Of a stretch of 64,000 bases of DNA, positions 1-13,124 are shown piece by piece. Numbering within the stretch: position 1 is the stretch's first letter; each line of letters starts with the position of its first letter. The DNA is from Chlorokybus atmophyticus (taxonomy: Eukaryota; Plantae; Mesostigma and Chlorokybus algae): contig RHPI01002998.1 in assembly GCA_009103225.1 (NCBI GenBank), positions 1-64,000 of the forward strand, in the 5' to 3' direction. Under the pieces are notes generated by a model. It saw only the letters and a program-made list of their open reading frames with translations. It was not told the DNA's origin and ran no database searches. The translations under genes and the position numbers were made by a program.

Positions 1-1176
1 TAAATAAGCATATTTAAATACTTATTCATACAAAATGTGTTATTCAGGTAGCAATAATACCCCTATTATTATTGCTCTCGTTACATGGTTCCACTGTAGT
101 ATCCATTACATTACTTATAATTATGCATTGCGATGCAACAAAAGTATAAGAAGCGGCTTTGCTAAAATAAGGCCGATGTTCATACTTTTGTCGCATACAT
201 GTATAAAAATAGCAAGTACAGTAGCCACTAGGCTACTACAATCAATACTTGTACTCAAATAAGTATAGCATTATTACTTATTTTAATACAAGTATTTTAT
301 ATACACTTATTAATAAAATCAGAATGGTAGCCACCAAACTGCAATTTGTGTAGTATTGACCTATACTCGTGCCATATATGGTTGGCAGCAAAATATGATG
401 GCCTACATGAGAAAATCAACACGCAAATTCATTAATCTATAGTATAGCACCCCCAAATTTATAACGTCATACCAAAACTGCAACATACCAGTGGATAATC
501 ATAAAAGAACACATGCTACTTTTAGCACATCATGGCTACCGACCGTGCAGTAGCATCAATACATGCTAGCAAATTCGTGTTTATTTTACTTGCGCACACA
601 TTGCCAAGTTTGAGAGGTTGTTCAAGTGATAACACTATAGCACATTGCGCAAGCGCAGGCTGCATACTTATAAGCATGTTTGCACACTATGCTCATGTGC
701 CGATTAGCCCAATGAATAGAGGTCTACCATTTTTGTAGCATGTTGCTTAAGTTACATAAAAACATTTTTAAACCTCAAGGTGACTGACATGCCCATGCAA
801 CTGACAGGCCTCCACGATGAACAGAGGAAGCCAGAGGAGCAGATGTGGAGACCAAAGCGTGGGTGGTTGCGACCCACTTGAAGGTGAAAGTCGTGAGAAG
901 ACAAGCATCATGTGTGCACAGCATGCGTGCTTGCTCAACATGGTGACTGTGCTTCGGGTGCAGGTGTGCGAGTGTGCACAGCGCTGGTCGTCATTGCCAC
1001 ATTTGTGAACAACGCAGGGAGGAGTGGTGTAGATAGTAGTAGCAGTTGCTCTAGCCAGCTTGTTAAATATCCGTGCATGCCCTTAATGTTCTTGTTCTTT
1101 TTGTACCACGTTTGGCTGGATTGCATGTATGCATGCACCATGATATGTGCCACATGTAGCAACAGCAAAGCCCACC

Positions 1177-1480
1177 AAGCATGGTGCGGACTGAGCATAT
1201 TAAGCATGGTGCGACTGTTGCGCGCCATGATTGGTTACCTTGTCAAGGCAGGCAGCATTATCATGGAATGTGTGGCATGCACCAAGCATGGTGCGTGCCA
1301 CGCACTGTTGCGTGCCATGAATGGTTGCATGTCCAGGAAGGCAGCATTAGTCATGGCGTGAATGGCACGCTCCAAGCATGGTGCGACTGTTGCGCACCAT
1401 TCTTGGCCGCGGGCTTAGGGAAGGCAGCATTGATCATGGCGTGTGTGGCACGCACCACCCATGGTGCGCACCACCACGCC
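1177..1480. repeat. Degenerate tandem repeat, about 3.5 copies of a ~85-90 bp unit
   Basis: CAAGCATGGTGCG...CTGTTGCG...GGCAGCATT..TCATGG..TGTGGCA.GC recurs at ~1177/1201, 1283, 1373 and partially ~1458. Confidence 0.7.
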
Positions 1481-3422
1481 AGAGCTGGCTGTCATGTTCC
1501 CTAAAAAGGCTACTTTTATGGTCGGGAGCGTTGCGCCAAACATGGTGTGTACGGTTGGTTGCTAGTTAGGGGGGGGAAGTGCCCAAACTAGCGGTGACAA
1601 TCGAGGAACCGCAAACCATGGTTGGTGTTCGCGGTGATACGCCAGGTTTAACCCTAATTCGCGGGCTTCCACCGCTCGCTATTGCCCCCTAGTGCGAACG
1701 TCCGCACCATACATGGTTTTATATTTATTATTGTGGTGAGTACTACATCATGCACACCCATTTACTGTACACACCACGGCCTGTATTCTGAGTCACTATT
1801 TATGAAGTGCCGCGGGCCACATCCTCAGATAATGTTGATGCACCCGTGCTAGATGCATTTGCGTTACGCGTTACATTTAGACCTGTGTTTAAATAGCGCA
1901 TGCGTCAGTGCAGCGGTAGCATATAGTCACCAGCGCAACCAATATGCGATAATGAGATGGAGTGTTCAAGAGCACGAAAACCTTGGTCTGCAGCCCATGT
2001 CACTTGATAGTTCATCTCATGCAATGGAACAATCTTTGCACAAGGCTTTCATGTAACCGATAATGTCTCAATATGTGAGACGTGATTGATATGCACAAAT
2101 GTACAACTGTTGCCACTGCGGATACAGCTCATTATTGTAGCACGCCATATGCTTAAACACTCGACGCACACCCTCATGCACATCACAATCATTGGCTTAC
2201 TCATTGATGGTTAAAACGGCATAACCATTGTGAATTCAATATTCGATATTAAGAGTTTTAGCGTACATGCGCCTCCTAGCTTGCCATGCTGCACGTGCAC
2301 TTCCCGCTTGCAGAACGCGTGAGGTGTTGTAATCACGGTCATGAATTATTTATGTTCTAGCTCGGGTCTGCCATATTCGTACTTTCAATGTTTGTATGTG
2401 TCTACTTGTGGTTGTATAGTAGTAGGTGTGACTCTGTCTTGGCTCCCACTTCATCATGTTTTTGCTTGCTAGCTTGCTGGTGCACGGTGCTTTACACTGT
2501 TCTTCGGGGTTTGCTACATGCAACTCTTGTGTATTATGTGTTTCTTCTTAACAACAACAATGGCATGACGCCACTGTGCTTGCAGAAATGACAAAAGCCC
2601 TTGCATAAGACTAAATTCGTCATGCATCATGCCGTGAATGCGTGTATGGTGCCCCTCTTATGGGCAAGACATAATATGTTCTGCTCGTGCATTTTGTTGC
2701 TGCTGACTACACACATGCACGCACAGCTATAAGAAAGGCATTGCATGCGGTATAAAGGATTAATTATAACCTACTTAGGCATTCTGCAACGCAACATTGC
2801 AAGCAATCCACGCAGAGCAAGTAGGCGGGAAAGTCCTTTACAAATTGGCAGGGGAGTGCAGCTGACAGCCTTCAGGACTCTACTCATCCCAGCATTACAA
2901 CACATGCATGCATTTGAATGCAGCAGTGGGTGGAGACAGCTTGAGGTAGAGGGCAAGGGCAGGGGGACAACCTGCAGCAAGAGGGACAGGGATGCTGCAT
3001 GCACGCGAGATGAATGTCAGATTGCATTCTAGATACACCATCCTGTTGTGGAGCAGTAATAGGCTGCCTTCACAGTGCAGCTGGGAATGGCTCACAACTG
3101 AGTAGATGACGAATAGCTGTCAAGTGCATAAACTTTCACAGCACATTGGACCTCAAGACCCAACAGTACGCTGCTGCCTCAGTGGCTGGTGCATTGTCAA
3201 GTCACCACAGTGCACCGCAGGCTGGTATGAAATATTTTAAGCAAGTTGCAACTGGCACAACTGGAGCTATCTACCTAGGCAAATTGCCACAGGCAAGTTG
3301 CCTTGCAGCAGTGGTATAGACAAATAGAGCCAGCAAGACTTAGTAATGTCCTGCCTCACTATGCGCAACTAAATCAAGAAATCACATCTCTACCTCAACA
3401 GGGAAGTCTGTACGGGGATAAT

Positions 3423-5103
3423 CTAGGCTACTACAAGCTGCTGCACTGGTGCCATGGAATCATGGTAATCGCAATCCAATGCTTCTGCGTGTTCATCCTC
3501 CAGGCCGCTGTCATAATCGCTGCTGAAGGTGCCAAAGATGCTGACTTCCTCTCGCGTGCGGCAAGTGGCAAACCACTTGGACAACATGTACTCTCGTGAT
3601 CGCCACGGCGGGCAGTGCATGCCAGACTGTCCGAGGGAGCGCGTCATTGATGAGCACATAACCTCAACCTGCAGCACAAAGGTCACATCGCTTAGCGCAG
3701 TTGGGGGCACCGAACACAAGTGCGCACGCAGGCAAAGAGTCTTCAATGAAGGAGCAGAGCTTACCATGGAACAGAGCCTGGAAGGCCAGCCACTGAAAGT
3801 TCGCGGCAGCCGACAGAGAGTAGTGGTATACTCCAGAGTAGGTCGTGCAATCTCAAACTGCTCCTTGAGATAGACATCGACAATCATACAACGGTCGGAC
3901 GAGTAGTAGCTGCTACCGTCGTCCTGGTACACCTCAATAAACTCGTGAGACCCTGCAGGAGTTCAAGTTTAAAAGACCGCCCAGTCTAGAGGCAAGGAAG
4001 ACTGCAGGCGGACCAATTGTGCAGGGCACTCACCACCATGATGGTGGGTCCCATTCCCAAATCGGGTATGGCAAATGGCGACATAATATCCCATCTCCGC
4101 CAGCTGTGTCGCAACGCTATGTTGCAGCTGGCGTCGCTCAGCAGCTGCCCTTTCAGAAAACGACAGCTCAGCAAACTCGTCAGCATTGTTGGAGTAGCGC
4201 TCCCTTGTGCGCTCAGCCCAGTCCAAAGCCTCAGCAACGTCCGCTGTCAACTGAATCTCGGCATCGTCTGCCTGAGTTCCAAGCATCTGCACGAGTCAAT
4301 TTGTCAGCTTTTAGGCGGCAAGCACTGCACGAATTGCTGTGCCTGACAGGGCCGATTGTCCCTTCACAACAATGTTGCGCATGCACAACCTCGAAAACGC
4401 TGCACAGGCTGTTGAGCTGGAAGCTACGACTGACAAGACGTTGGAGACTGCCGTGGAACTAGGCATGCAGCAATGGTGACACGTGCTAGAAATCAGCCAA
4501 ACGACAAGAGCCATGCCAATGTAAAACTCAGCTCTACCTGCAACTTGTAGGCGTCCTCAACCTCGCCACCATCGTCCCAGTAGGCGGCGCGAGCGACCCA
4601 GCTGCGGCCGGTGCAGTCCAGCTCCTCAATGTCGGGTTGGTCAATTGCCTTGGGCCTGCCGGCGGAACCCTTGTAAGGGGTGTTACCGATAGCAATCGGC
4701 TGGCTGGCAGCTCGCTCAGGTGTGCGCTGGCTGCTGCTGCCGCCAGTAGGCAAAGACTCGCACTTGAGTGCCTGTGACGATTCCGGCACGGCCATCACCC
4801 GCTACAGCCACACTGGCAACACCAACCACAGGAAGCAGCGGTCGCTACGCGACCAATTCCGCTGTTTATCCTAAGCAACATCCCAGCCCAACAAGGCCGG
4901 CTTGCAGAACCTCCACACCGACCCAACCCAATCAAACCCCACACCTCAGGACACCCCCTCACCACCGCAATCACACACCCACCGACCCGCAAGCCCCGCG
5001 CCCCAGCACCCCGGCCGCCTGCTTCGCCACGTCCGCCTCCGCTGTCGCTGTCGCTGCCGCCGCCTCCGCCGCCACCACCAGCTTGCCGTAAGGCTTCTAG
5101 CAT
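3423..5103 (-). CDS. DUF506 (PDDEXK_6-like) plant-type protein, multi-exon
   Basis: Spliced exons give MGYYVAICHTRFG...GSHEFIEVY...IVDVYLKEQFEIARPTLEY...LPRTFSGWPSRL...MHCPPWRSREYMLSKWF, matching the DUF506 motifs (GYDAAICKS, EYIDV, DFRxQFEIARPT, GMHxPPWR..EYM..KW). GT/AG sites at ~4030/3957 and ~3761/3672. Stop at 3423. The 5' exons and start codon are less certain. Confidence 0.85.
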
Positions 5104-6447
5104 GCACTTCCTAGGGTTTTCCGCTCCCTAAGCTCAGCACAAGGCGATAATTATGATGAAGTCATTTAGCAGCCTACCCTGACTGCGGCAATGCCACTGC
5201 GCCCCCTACTGACTAGCAGTGCTAGGCGGCGCTCTGTAACTGCCGGTGCCAGTACGGCAAAGCCGCTACTTCACTGATATCGGCGGAGACAACCGCAGTT
5301 CCAGGCCTGAACTGCGGTTTCGTAACCGCAAACAGCGGTGGGCGGCGGTTGGTTAACGACGTTTTGCCGCCGTCTTTGCGTAAGTTAACTGCCGACGGTT
5401 TAACCGTCTCTACCGTAACCGTGGTCTGAGCTCTACAGCAGGGCTGCCCGGCCGCAATGCCCGTAGCGACGCGCTGCCCGCGCGCTGTTCAGGCATGACT
5501 GCCGCGCTGCGCGGCACGCGAATGGGCAAAATTGCATGGTTTGTAACGACCTGACCGTGCTTGCAGCCGAGGACAACATAGACAGGCCGCCTTCGTCCTC
5601 TCAATGTGCATGCGCTGGCTGAAACAACGCAGGCGATCACAACAAGCGTTGGGCAGCCCTTGCTGCCTTCTGGACGGCGGCGCAGCCTTTTGTGGTGGCG
5701 GCCGCCACAGGCGAAACAGGAACGCGACAGAAAACTACCACAGAGGACGCAGCCTCTGCTTCCCCTTTATAGCGATTCCGGCTGGATCCATGTGAATCAG
5801 GACCTGAGATTCAACTTTGGCCGCGCCAGCGGCCTTCAGCAATGCAGCGCATTGATGACGGCGTTGATTTGGTAGTTTCCTATGGCGGCGCACAGGACGG
5901 CGCGCCTTACGTGTCAGGCAGCTTTTTTCCTTTGCGTAGCCTGGGTCTCTCGCCCTTAGAGGACGCTATACAGACGGGGACGCTATCCTGACGAGTCTCC
6001 TCCTCGTGCGTGCCACTTTTGGGTCGGGCCCATCCAAACTTCTGGCCAGACCGGCGGAAATGTAAGTTACTTAACTCCCCGTCTCCTGTGATGCACTCCA
6101 AAAATTTTCAAGCAGCACAGCAAAAGGCGGAGGCGTGCACCACAGTGGGGCGTTTCCAGGTCAATTACCCGGTCTATTGCGAACTTTTGGCCCTTGTTCC
6201 TGGCCCCCGAAAACTGGTCAGCTGCGGGAAGCTGAACCGTCGCTGACGTCATTGCCGATAGCTCTGTGGATGGCCTGTTGCGGTAAAGGTATCACTCCAT
6301 TCACCAATGTTCATTCAGGTTTACCACTGCGTGTTGTTTCAACACTATGCAACCCCAACTGAAGAGTTGCATCATGTAGTTGTTGACCATGTCACTTGTA
6401 CTAGTATCAGGGGTGCACAACCCCCGAGAATGCTGCTTTACCCATCC

Positions 6448-6453
<6 letters not shown>

Positions 6454-6498
<45 letters not shown>
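6454..6498. repeat. (TA)n microsatellite
   Basis: Pure TA run of about 45 bp. Confidence 0.97.
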
Positions 6499-6500
<2 letters not shown>

Positions 6501-7189
6501 AACCCAAGCAGTAACCTCCTTCAACCCTTTTATACCTGTATGTGACATATATCTATTTATGCAATGATATAGTAATTCTATGATTAGATATATCACCAAC
6601 GCTGATTATCGTTAATATTATATTACAAATGATGGCACATGTTAAGTCAAGATTGCAATTGTCTGCGTGTGACACGTATGGTATTTAATACATTATCACA
6701 TTTTGTTTATATAAGATGTGATAACGTGACAGCCGCTGGATATATGCTTTCATACATGTACATATTAAAAGTAGCCACAATGTTGCGAAGGTCAAAAACT
6801 CAATAGTGTTACCCACTACAATAAAGTTGATGGTTGGTATTCTACACAATTTCTTGTATATATGCATTATTGCGACTCCAATCACTTATAATAATAACAC
6901 ATGAAAACGAAATGCTTTACTATTTTATGGTGTAACATATTACAAGCATACATAATGTTAGCATAGCAGCTCGCTTCACTATTATTATTGTACATAGTGT
7001 GATAGTGATTCCACTAATTTCACTAGTTACCTTTCGTATCATCATATAACTAGCGCATGCACAAATGTAATTTCAAATTCAATAGCAGTTATATAACTAT
7101 TGAATTTTGAATTTACAATTTTATAATCGTAAGCACATTATGCAACATCAATGTCGTACATACCATGATCACGAGCGTGTATACACGCA

Positions 7190-7465
7190 AATACGCGCAC
7201 ATGTGTATGTATACGTGCATACACTATGTATACTATGTATGTGATATACATGAGATGTATCATATCAAATTTATATAAACATGTATGTATTCATACAATG
7301 TATACATGCTTTGTACACTGTATGTATACATGCTTATATATGTATATGTGTATACATACATGTATACACATCTACATGTGTACACCTGTATATGTGTATA
7401 TATACATGTACACATACAAATGGCATGCGTATGTATACATGTATGCATACACAGTCACACGGCAT
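7190..7465. repeat. AT-rich alternating purine-pyrimidine low-complexity tract (TATG/ATAC/TACA)
   Basis: Directly visible. The ORF calls here (MYTMYVIY...) are artefacts. Confidence 0.8.
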
Positions 7466-8085
7466 GTGACTTGACTTGACAATTGCGTTTGATTAAGCGA
7501 ATATACTATTGACTATTTTCATGTTAACTTACATCACTTTAAGTATGCCACGGTCTACATGCGGCATGTAGTCTAATATGATGACAAATGGTTGGAAAAA
7601 GGCCTCAGGGACGCTTGAGTGTGACAATTTACAAAAAGATGTAATTAAGAATCATACATGCATCATACATGCAGCACCACACATACCATGTCATATGTGC
7701 TTGCTATTCGTCTCCACGCAAGCCTCTATCTGAGCGCTAACTGTTGCCGAACTTGTGCACCCAGGTTGGTTGGTTGATCGGTCGGTGTTTGCTGCTGCTG
7801 CTAGGCCTACTGCCTGCTTCACCAACGGCAGTGTATTGCACATTTGTCACTTAGCATACAGTAGTGTGATGGCCCCGGATGTAATGTACCGGTAGGTGTG
7901 TTGCCTTGCTTGTTGGCTCGAATGTTACCGTTATTGTTCGCTGGTGTGTGCACAGACTGCATGTTTGCAATATGACTCATACCTTATGAAAAATACCATA
8001 AAACCACTGATCTTTTAAATAAGACAAATTATTAACGATGGCAATATTGTTAGATTTATGCTACCTTATGACATATTGTTGCTCA

Positions 8086-8959
8086 TGTCACGTGGGACAC
8101 ACACTTACCTGCTCATGTATGTCACATACTTGTGCACACGCACAAGAACTTCTTCACAACATACCACGGTGCAGCACCTTGTTGAAGGAATGCCACAGCA
8201 CCGCAACAGGATGGAGAGGATGCACCACAAACCCTCCACTCAGCTCACACACACTCAAGCACACCCTACTCACGTGCAAGGCTGCCACTACACCCCACTT
8301 GGGATGAGAGGGAGAGCCCCTTGAACAACTGAACTAGGCACCCCACACACAAGAGTCGAGTATGCACATGCTGAGCTGCCTTAACACTTGTTGAGGCCAT
8401 TCATATACCCCCTCTTTGCTGCTCTCCGACCTAGAACAACCATGTCCAAGGCTACTTGCCTTGTTATGGCTGCGTTTACCTATACTCATGCCTAGGAGCT
8501 GCCACATCAGTCCTAGGACATCTTGTCAACGCCCAAGACTGATCACACATCAGCCTCGGACATTGTGAACGCCCAAGGCTGGTCACATCAGTCTAGGACC
8601 TCATACATATGCATACATATGCGGACATATGCATACACATGCATACATCACTCATATCCGCACATATGAACTCATATGCGGACACATGCATGCATATGCA
8701 ACCATATGCATATACATGCGGACATATGACACCGACCAGCTCTGTGCTTGCTAGTTGACAGTGCCTATGTGTAGCTACAACGCCCTTGCACACTAAGTGC
8801 ACAAGGCCAAAACTAAACAAAACAACTAAACAAAACTTCATGAGCACATATGCCAAGCACTACACAACTTGACTATACGGGATCCTCACTTAGTTCTTCT
8901 TACTTACCACATAAGTAAGGAACATGAGAGTGACTTTTGCCAGCCCTTTGGGCGTGACA
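8086..8959 (-). repeat. 3' LTR (874 bp)
   Basis: Near-identical to 14440-15294. Begins TGTCACGTGGG and ends GGCGTGACA on the + strand. Confidence 0.96.
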
Positions 8960-8970
8960 TTCCTCCCCAC
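8960..8970 (-). promoter_or_regulatory. Polypurine tract (GTGGGGAGGAA) of the LTR element
   Basis: Purine-rich run immediately 5' of the 3' LTR on the minus strand. Confidence 0.85.
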
Positions 8971-9229
8971 TTGCATTGCAACTCCCATGTTGCAAACAAT
9001 GGAGCTCATTGCCCCGCACGATGATTGCCAGCCAGGTTGGCCAAGCCTGCTGAACCACCGCACACTACGCGTAAAACAAAATGCAAGTCGCGGGAGTGAC
9101 AACCAACTCTGATACTAAGTACCAGTGCGCGCGTATTGGCATGTCACATAGAAGAGAAAGTTGCACGTGTTTGTACAACACCTATGTTGCAACCCGAGCA
9201 CATGCTCTCAAGTGGCACCTGTGGATTTG

Positions 9230-12200
9230 AGCTCACTCTCAAACTCACCCAACTTGTCAGCACAGTTTGTCAAGTTGAAAATAGGCTCCCAGGTATTACG
9301 CCATCACCAAGCCACTTGACAAGGTATTCAGTGCGGAAGGTCTTCTTGTACTTCCGGAACCTCTTGCCAACAACTGCCTCAACCTCATACTCGAGGTCTC
9401 CCTCTACCTCACATGGAGGTGGAGGAGGCTGCACCGGGCCATCACTTCTGTATGGCTTCAACAGTGCCTCATGGAACACACTGTGGATTCGCATGCTCTT
9501 TGGCAATTCAAGCCTAAAGGCACGGTCACCAACAGCTGCTGTGATTGTGAACGGCCCTAGCCACCTGGGTAGAAGCTTGCGCACACCACTAGTCTTAAGT
9601 CTAATGTTCTTAGAACTCAGCAAGACCTTGTCTCCTACTTTGAAACCAGCACCAGGCTTGCACAGCCGATCAGCATACATCTTTTGCCGATCTTGGGCTG
9701 CTCTCAAGCAGTCCTTGGCACTTGCCAATGCAGCATGCATCTGCTTTGTAAAGTCTCTAGCCGTTGGCACTTTGCTAAATGGCTGAACTTGCAGAGACAT
9801 TAGTGTCAACGGATGACGACCATAGTTGAGAAGAAACGGGATGCTGTGCGTTGACTCTTGCCATGCATTGTTTACAGCAAACTCGGCCAATGCAAGGTGC
9901 ACATCTCAGTCATCAAACTTAGGTGACGTGTAGTGGCGCAGCACGTTTTCAAGCACCTGGTTTGCACGCTCCGTCTGTCCATCACTCTGTGGATGGTAAG
10001 CAGTGCTCAAGCTCTGCTTAGTTCCCAAGTATTGGCACACAGCCTGCCAGAACTGACTGGTAAATCTGAGATCACGGTCTAATACCAACTCTATAAGTAC
10101 ACCGTGCAATTTAAACATCGTGTTCACAAAAGCATACGCAAACTCTTGCGCGCTCACATCTGTGCGACATGGCTCAAACCGGACCATCTTGGTCAACCGA
10201 TCAACAAAAACAATCATGGCATCATGCCCTTGTTTTGTCTCGGGCAGATCTGTGATCAGATCCATGCTTACACTCTCCCATTGATAGCTTGGGATAGCCA
10301 ACGGCTTAAGTAGCCCTGCTGGCTTGCGGTGTGAGGCCTTGTCACGTTGACAAGTGTCACAACTTTGCACATACTTGGTTGCATCAGCAACCAATGTCGG
10401 CCACCAGTACTGTCGCTGCAGTAACTGGATGCTCTTGATCATGTCCATGTGACCGCTGTATACAGCATTGTGCCTCAAACAAGCATTCTTGCCTAAGTCC
10501 GAGTGCATCTGGCACAATCAACTTGCCCTCGCGGTACCACAACCCTTTGTGACAAGTGATCTTGTCGTCTCCTTGCTTGAGCAGCTTGGCAAACCAGTTG
10601 TCAAATGCATAAGCCCGTGGTAGACGTGCCACAATGTCTTCAACATCAACAGCCAGTGGGTCCTCCCCACTTGCATTGCAAGCTACCATTGGTGCATCAC
10701 CGCTAGCTGCCTTACTGGCAACTGGCAACTCACATGTTGATGGCTGCGTTGATGTACTAGCACCTATGTCATCAGTGCCCACCCTTGACTGCGTGCACGT
10801 GCACGTGTCGTTGCTGCCAATAACAAAGGCGAGCGACTCAAGGGATCTGCCACATTCACCCTACCTGGACGATACACCCAAGTAAAGTTGAAACGCGACA
10901 AAAACTCAGCCCACCTTGCTTGTCTTTGGGACAGGGTTGGTTGGGTCTGAAAGAACACAAGTGGGTTGTGATCAGTAATCACCGTGAACCCACCTTCCAC
11001 CCCCTCCAGATAGCAGCGCCACTCCTGTAGCGCATGAACCACTCCCAACAACTCTTGTCCAGTTGTGGTATAGTTTTTCTCAGCAGGAGAGAGCTTCTTG
11101 CTCAAGTACGCAAGAGGGTGTCCGTCCTGAAGCAACACAGCTCCCGTGCCATCTAAAGATGCATCGCTAATCACCTCAAAGGCCTGGTGAAGTCTGGCAA
11201 CTGTAACACATGTGCTGACACCAGAGCCTCTTTGATAGAGTCAAAGGCAACATGTTGCCCGTGTCCCCACCTCCACACAACCTTGTCACGTAGCAAGTTT
11301 GTGAGAGAAGCAACTCGCGATGAGTATCCAAGGATGTACTTCCGGAAATACTTGCTTAGCCCCAAGAATGCTCGCAGCTCATGCACGTTCTTGGGTGCGG
11401 GCCATTCTTGGACCTTAGCAACCTTCTTGGGGTCAGGGCGCACGCCCTCCTTGCTTACAATGTGCCCCAAGAACTCAAGTTCCGTCTTCCCAAACTCACA
11501 CTTGGGCATATACGCAAAGAACTTGTTCGCACGCAGCGTTTCAAGAACCTCACGCATATGTGTAACATGTGACTTAGGGTCTTTTACTGACGACCATGAT
11601 GTCATCCAAGTACACAAGTATTGTCTTCCCAATCAGCTCGTGAAACACACTGTTCATTATAGCTTGAAAGGTAGCTGGCGCATTCGTTAGCCCAAATGGC
11701 AGCACTTTGTACTGAAAGTGTCCCACATGCGTTCTAAACGCTGTCCTGGCACATCTTCCGGTGTGATCCGGATCTGGTGGTACCCACTGATCAAGTCCAA
11801 GGAGCTGAACACTGAGGCCCCGCTCAGTTGATCAAGCAAATCATCTATCCTTGGCAACGGATACCTATTCTTAATGGTAAGCTTCTTCAAGGCCCTATAG
11901 TCCACGCACATGCGCAGTCTGCCGTCCTTCTTAGGTACGAACAGAATGGGTGCTCCGAAGGGAGAGCTACTTGGCTCAATCAATCCCTTCGCAAGCAAGG
12001 CCTTGATTTGCCTCTCCATGTCCGCAAACTCAGCTGGACTTAGCCTATACACAGGCCTAAATGGAGGTTGTCCTCCTGATACGAGAGGAATAGTGTGCCA
12101 CACTTCCCGCTCAGGAGGCAACTCAGGCAACTCAGCTCGAAACACATCACAATACTCATGCAGCAGAGCGTCAAGTGCATTGTCATGTGAGCTGTTAACA

Positions 12201-12775
12201 GTCTCTCACCGGGTGGAGTGGTGCCCTCATCGTTGGCAAGTGGCTTGACGAGGACCAGAAGAGGTTCAGCACCTCTCCGCACAGCTCTTTTCACCTGCAT
12301 GGCACTCAACAACAGAGGGAACACATCACTTGATGTGTCACCGTAAGTAGAGGGCATGACATCACACCCTTCAGCTCTCAGGGTCAGACGCCCTCGCCCT
12401 TTGCGCACGCTGCAAAGGCCTGTGTCTGCATCCGTGCGCAGGCCATTAGCACGCTCCCATCGAGCACCAAGAATGACATCAACACCTGGTACCTCAACTG
12501 GCACAACCAAGAACCTCAGTTGAGCATGATAGCCTTGCACGCAAAGACAGATGCACGGACCCTTTGACTGGGATCTCATGCTCATCAAGTGAGGTCACTG
12601 CCTCACTTGCCTTCTCAATATGAATGCCAAGACGCCGCACCAGAGACTCACTTACAAAGTTCTCCGGTGTACCAGTATCTAGTATCAGAGTAGCTGATAC
12701 TCGTGCAACTGACGCCTTGAACAACCATGTAAGGTCCAAGTGATTTCCCCGGTGGAGAACAGGCGGGTCATACAT
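9230..12775 (-). pseudogene. pol: Frameshifted pol: aspartic protease, RT, RNase H, integrase, GPY/F and chromodomain
   Basis: Protease LILDTGTPENFVS (12494-12775). [45 protein letters not shown]. RNase H DASLDGTGAVL..NYTTTGQELLGVV. Integrase WESVSMDLITDLP..YHPQSDGQTERAN. Chromodomain EYEVEAVV..EYLVKWLG, continuing in another frame as NTWEPIFNL. Split over many ORFs by frameshifts. Confidence 0.95.
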
Positions 12776-13124
12776 GACACGTACATAGCACCATATGCCA
12801 GTTTATGACTTGTTAATGCCCTGAATGACTTGCATACCCTTTGTAAAGGACGACCATGGTACTCTATACGCGGGCACAATGACACATGCACTTGTGTTAT
12901 GCGGACTTTGCTCTTGCACACAACATAGTGCTTGAGCATTGTTGACAACTTGTCAAAGGGCGCGTTGAGCAGCACTTGCTTGCTCACACAGTCATGCATC
13001 AGAAATTCGGAGTCAACAGGCACACCCACATCATTTTCCCACACAGCAACATCGCATGTCAACATAGAAGCATGTGGATTGCCAACAGTCATCTACTAGT
13101 AGGACAGCTCTCCACCCCGTGTTC

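Noticed and set aside
760-1010. GC-richer exon-like segment near the window start
   Set aside because: No frame gives a recognisable protein and no coherent splice chain was found.
1177-1480. CRISPR-like repeat spacing
   Set aside because: The whole unit repeats with no unique spacers, the context is eukaryotic and no cas genes are present.
5413-5426. 14-nt identity CCGTAACCGTGGTC with 21532-21545
   Set aside because: Too short and with no extended homology; it could be chance or a branch-point-like motif.
5410-6300. GC-rich region with several short ORFs upstream of DUF506
   Set aside because: No recognisable domain. It may be UTR, promoter or a relic, and a gene cannot be supported.
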